Origin: Squalus acanthias
Lineage: Eukaryota
Assembly (NCBI GenBank): GCA_030390025.1
Contig: JASTWF010000359.1
Coordinates: 124,001-188,000, forward strand
Direction of reading: 5' to 3'
Length of the DNA: 64,000 nt
Shown here: positions 60,607 through 64,000 of the stretch, one piece after another
How positions within the stretch are numbered: the first letter of the stretch is position 1
How the letters are laid out: each line of letters begins with the position of its first letter
The notes under the pieces: model-generated
The model's input: the letters and a program-made list of their open reading frames with translations, nothing else
Told to the model about the DNA's origin: nothing
The model's database searches: none
Made by a program: the position numbers and the translations under genes

Positions 60607-62300
60607 ATGACTTCATCCAGGGCCCTCAGATTCTCTGATGTGGTCAGGCGGTTACTCATAGAGCATGTGAGCAGCAGGAAGGAGGTCCTCTTCCCCACCG
60701 ATGGGTGACAGGTGCCCAACAAATTCTCAGCAGCAATGGAGTCAGGTGGCAGAGCAAGCAAATGCCACCAACATTGTTCCAGGAACTCAATGGGAGTACC
60801 AAGGTAAGGCTGTCCTTCACAGCTCTTACTCTTTGCATCACCCTGCGTTACCCCAGCACTCCTTCCCTCCCCCGCTTCCCATGCCTCTCCTCCAATCACA
60901 ATGGAACACTTCACCATACCTCACTCTCTCCCACACTCAACACCCGCTACCACCCTCACAACTACTTCTTCCTCTCTGCATGCCCAAGATGTTAAACTGC
61001 CTCACACTGCTTCAGAACCCTTCCGCAGGACACGCACCAGCCCACTGGCACACTTCTTGTAGGAGAAGCTGGCACACAACAAAAGGGAAAGTCTGAGGAC
61101 AGGAGGGCCGTGCGCCATACACACCCTAACTCCAACGTAAAAGGTCGCCATCAGTATCACTGGCAGCGAGGGAGTGCATGCAGCTTTGGAGATGCCGAGG
61201 CTTTGGGCCACACACAGCAGGGTCTTTGTGCGTACTGCTTTTATTTCTACTTAACTCTCTCACACACGCAGCATGACACCCTGTTGATGCATTGTGCTGC
61301 CACTCATCTGCTGCTGCTCCCCCCTGCCACTACTTGCTGACCCTTATCCCCCTCCCCACTTTCGAGGTCCACCGATTGCCGACACTGAGGTGGAGAACCC
61401 TCCAGAAGACGCACCATTACTCACTCTCGCCATTCCAAGCACCAGTGTAGCAATCGGCTCCTTGTATAACTTAGTTGGTGAGCTCGAGGGGTCTGAACTG
61501 GATGATTGACCGAGCACTAATGAGCAGCAGCAAGTGCAGGTGGAAAGGATGGCCCAGGAAACGGCTCATCAGCCAGCAAGCTCATGTCGTAACTCTACTA
61601 AAGAGGACAGAGATGCAGACTTCAAGGGCTCAGCCTTTAAAAGAAGGATACTTTCTGTGCCCCAGCAATTGCTCAATGCGTTGCACTGCCTGCTAGGGAG
61701 CTTCGGCACAATATCGGATAGTACAGCAGAATCCCCAACCAACCTGTGTGGGGTTCTGGTGCATGGCATCGACAGTCTGCAGTCATCCATGGTCACCTCA
61801 ATGGGCCCTCACTACAAGAGCCTATAGCATCAGTAATATCAGGGATGCTCATGCTGGGGCTAAGCAGGCTCTGGGCTCAACCATCTAACATACGGACAGG
61901 GGCTTCAGTCGCATCACTGATCTATAGTCTGCTCTCCTGCAGATCAGTGGCAGTGTAAGCCGCAGCCCCATAGCAATGGGGACGGAATGTGTCATCTTCA
62001 AAATGACAGCAGATCCGGACCCTCACCTCCCTCTCAACTGATACCCACCTCAGTGCCAGAAAGCCAGCTGGGCCATACAGCCCCGGCAAACACTGAGTTG
62101 TTGCAGTCTGCAGCCGGACCCTCTCAGTCCCGAGCTCCCAGAGGTCATTGACCCTGAGCAGCTCATGAGGCCTTGACTGATACACAGTAGCCCTCAACCT
62201 CCCATCCTGTAGCCACTGGGGGAGCACCTTGGAGGAGCACTAGAGTGGCTGAGAGAGCAAATAAGACAGACACACAGGGCTCACACCTGCATAATAATTT
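60607..62300 (+). pseudogene. Second, more decayed Harbinger Myb/SANT gene
   Basis: MTSSRALRFSDVVRRLLIEHVSSRKEVLFPTDG; donor AAG|GTAAGG at ~60803; acceptor TTGTAG|GAGAAG giving EKLAHNKRESLRTGG, the same intron position as in the 55570 gene. Confidence 0.65.
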
Positions 62301-62313
62301 GTATTTAAGCATT

Positions 62314-62520
62314 TCATAGAATGATACAGTACAGAAGGAGGCCATTCGGCCGGTCGTGCCTGTGTCGGCTGTTTGAAAGAGCTCTCCAATTAGTCCCACT
62401 CACCCGCTCTTTCTCCCATTCAAGTATACCTCCAATTCCCTTTTGGAATTTACGATTGAATCTTCTTTCACCGCCCTTTCAAGCAGTGCATTCCAGATCA
62501 CAACAATTCCCTGAGTAAAA
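62314..62520 (-). mobile_element. CR1 3' end fragment
   Basis: CATAGAAT...GAAGGAGGCCATTCGGCC...TTCCAGATCACAAC. Confidence 0.75.
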
Positions 62521-62982
62521 GGAGGACCACCACATTAAGACCCCAGAAGAACAGATATGTGTCCCAGCTGTCGATGAAGAGAAGCTTTTATCAGACTGTG
62601 CCAGGAAGTGATGTCCAAGCTCTGCCTAGAAAAGCCCCTGCTCATCTCGTCCAAGAACGCTTCAATTCAATGAATCTGTCGAATTTAAAAGCTGCTATGA
62701 ATGATGTCACATCATATGCTATCCCTTCAAGCTTTTTGTTAATCATCCACTTTTCTTGCTTCACTGGCCCCTTTCTGGGTTACAGTTCCACGGGTGCTGG
62801 GTGCCCTTTGGTATTCTTCATGTAGTCCCTAGATAGTGACTGTCAGCAGGGTAATTGACTGAGAGGGCCATCGTGACTGACTCCGATCCTGTTCTCACTC
62901 AATGTTCACACAGCAGCGGTGACTGGATGCTCAGCAATGGGAGCCTGGCCAATTTTCCCCTCCCTTACTGACTGATTAAAAG

Positions 62983-63373
62983 TAAGAAAGACTCGCATTT
63001 CTATAGCGCCTTTCACGACCTCGGGACAGCCCAAAGCTCTTCACAGCCAATGAAGTACTTTTTGAAGTGGAGTCACTGTTGTAATGTAGGAAACGCGGCC
63101 GCCAATTTGCACACAGCAAGATCCCACAAACAGCAATGTGATAATGACAAGATGAACTCCCCTGCTCTTCTTCAAAATAATGCCATGGGATCTGTTATGT
63201 CTACCTGAGGGAGCAGACGGAGCCTCGGTTTAACGTCTCATCCGAAAGGCGGCACCTCCGACAGTGCAGCACTCCCTCAGCCCAGATATTGTGTTCAAGT
63301 CTCTGGCGTGGGACTTGAACCCACAACCTTCTGACTCAAAGGAAAGAGTGCTGCCCACTGAGACATGGCTGAC
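62983..63373 (-). mobile_element. Deu-domain tRNA SINE with internal deletions
   Basis: Homologous to 36967-39270 and 42940-43380. Confidence 0.85.
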
Positions 63374-63794
63374 AATGATGCCAAGGTCAGGTGTAGATCC
63401 TGAACTGTTGCCCTGGCTGAGATCCCTGGCACAGACCATGGATGGGACCTGGGAGTTTGCTGGTCTGTAATGACCACCTCAATCAGCTGAACCATTGGGG
63501 AGAACCTCCTGTAATGTCACATCTGGTGTACTGAATGGTTCACTATGGTTATGTTACTGGCAAAAGACAATTATACAAGCTTTTAGTCACTGGTAGCAGG
63601 CCATGGAGGCATGAGTAACATCCTTATCTTGATGCACAGTTTGTGTTTTGGAAATGATGGGATCAGTAGTATTCCCTAATGGCTGTGTATCAGGGTAGGG
63701 AATGTTTAACCACCTCCCTGTAGGCTCAGTATCTTCTAGTGGTGTTTACAAGGATTGTGCCTCATTGTAGACCTCAGTACAGACAATCCATTGA

Positions 63795-64000
63795 TCTTTT
63801 TGGGTCATTTTCAGGTTGGCAGGCTGTAACTAGTGGGGTACCGCAAGGATCAGTGTTTGGGCCTCAGCTATTCACAATCTACATCAATGATTCGGATGAG
63901 GGGACCAAATGTAATATATCCAAGTTTGCTGATGATACAAAGCTGGGTGGGATTGTAAGTTGTGAGGAGGATGCAAAGAGGCTTCAAGGGGATATAGACA
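63795..64000 (+). mobile_element. CR1 RT fragment running off the window end
   Basis: [22 protein letters not shown]...[10 protein letters not shown]; near-identical to ~32335-32530. Confidence 0.9.

Overview
Eukaryotic, repeat-saturated DNA, most likely from a shark or other cartilaginous fish (inferred from the repeat families; not proven). No intact host gene can be identified. Contents in order: (1) an ~18.6 kb 67-bp satellite carrying three Penelope-like (PLE) retroelement insertions at the same monomer position. Two are identical GIY-YIG 3' fragments with a minimal hammerhead ribozyme motif; the third is a perfect 56-bp inverted pLTR plus tail. (2) An ~8.5 kb CA/CTCA microsatellite with an N gap. 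(3) Nested CR1 LINEs, one near full length. (4) Five further minisatellites (46, 33, ~65-71, 17 and 13/15 bp), two visibly derived from SINE or LINE sequence. (5) Deu-domain tRNA SINEs. (6) Decayed PIF/Harbinger elements and small MITE-like inserts. (7) One candidate orphan terminal exon. The long ORFs in the ORF track are repeat read-throughs. The most interesting signal is a ribozyme-bearing Penelope family that may target one site in the 67-bp satellite and be co-amplified with it.
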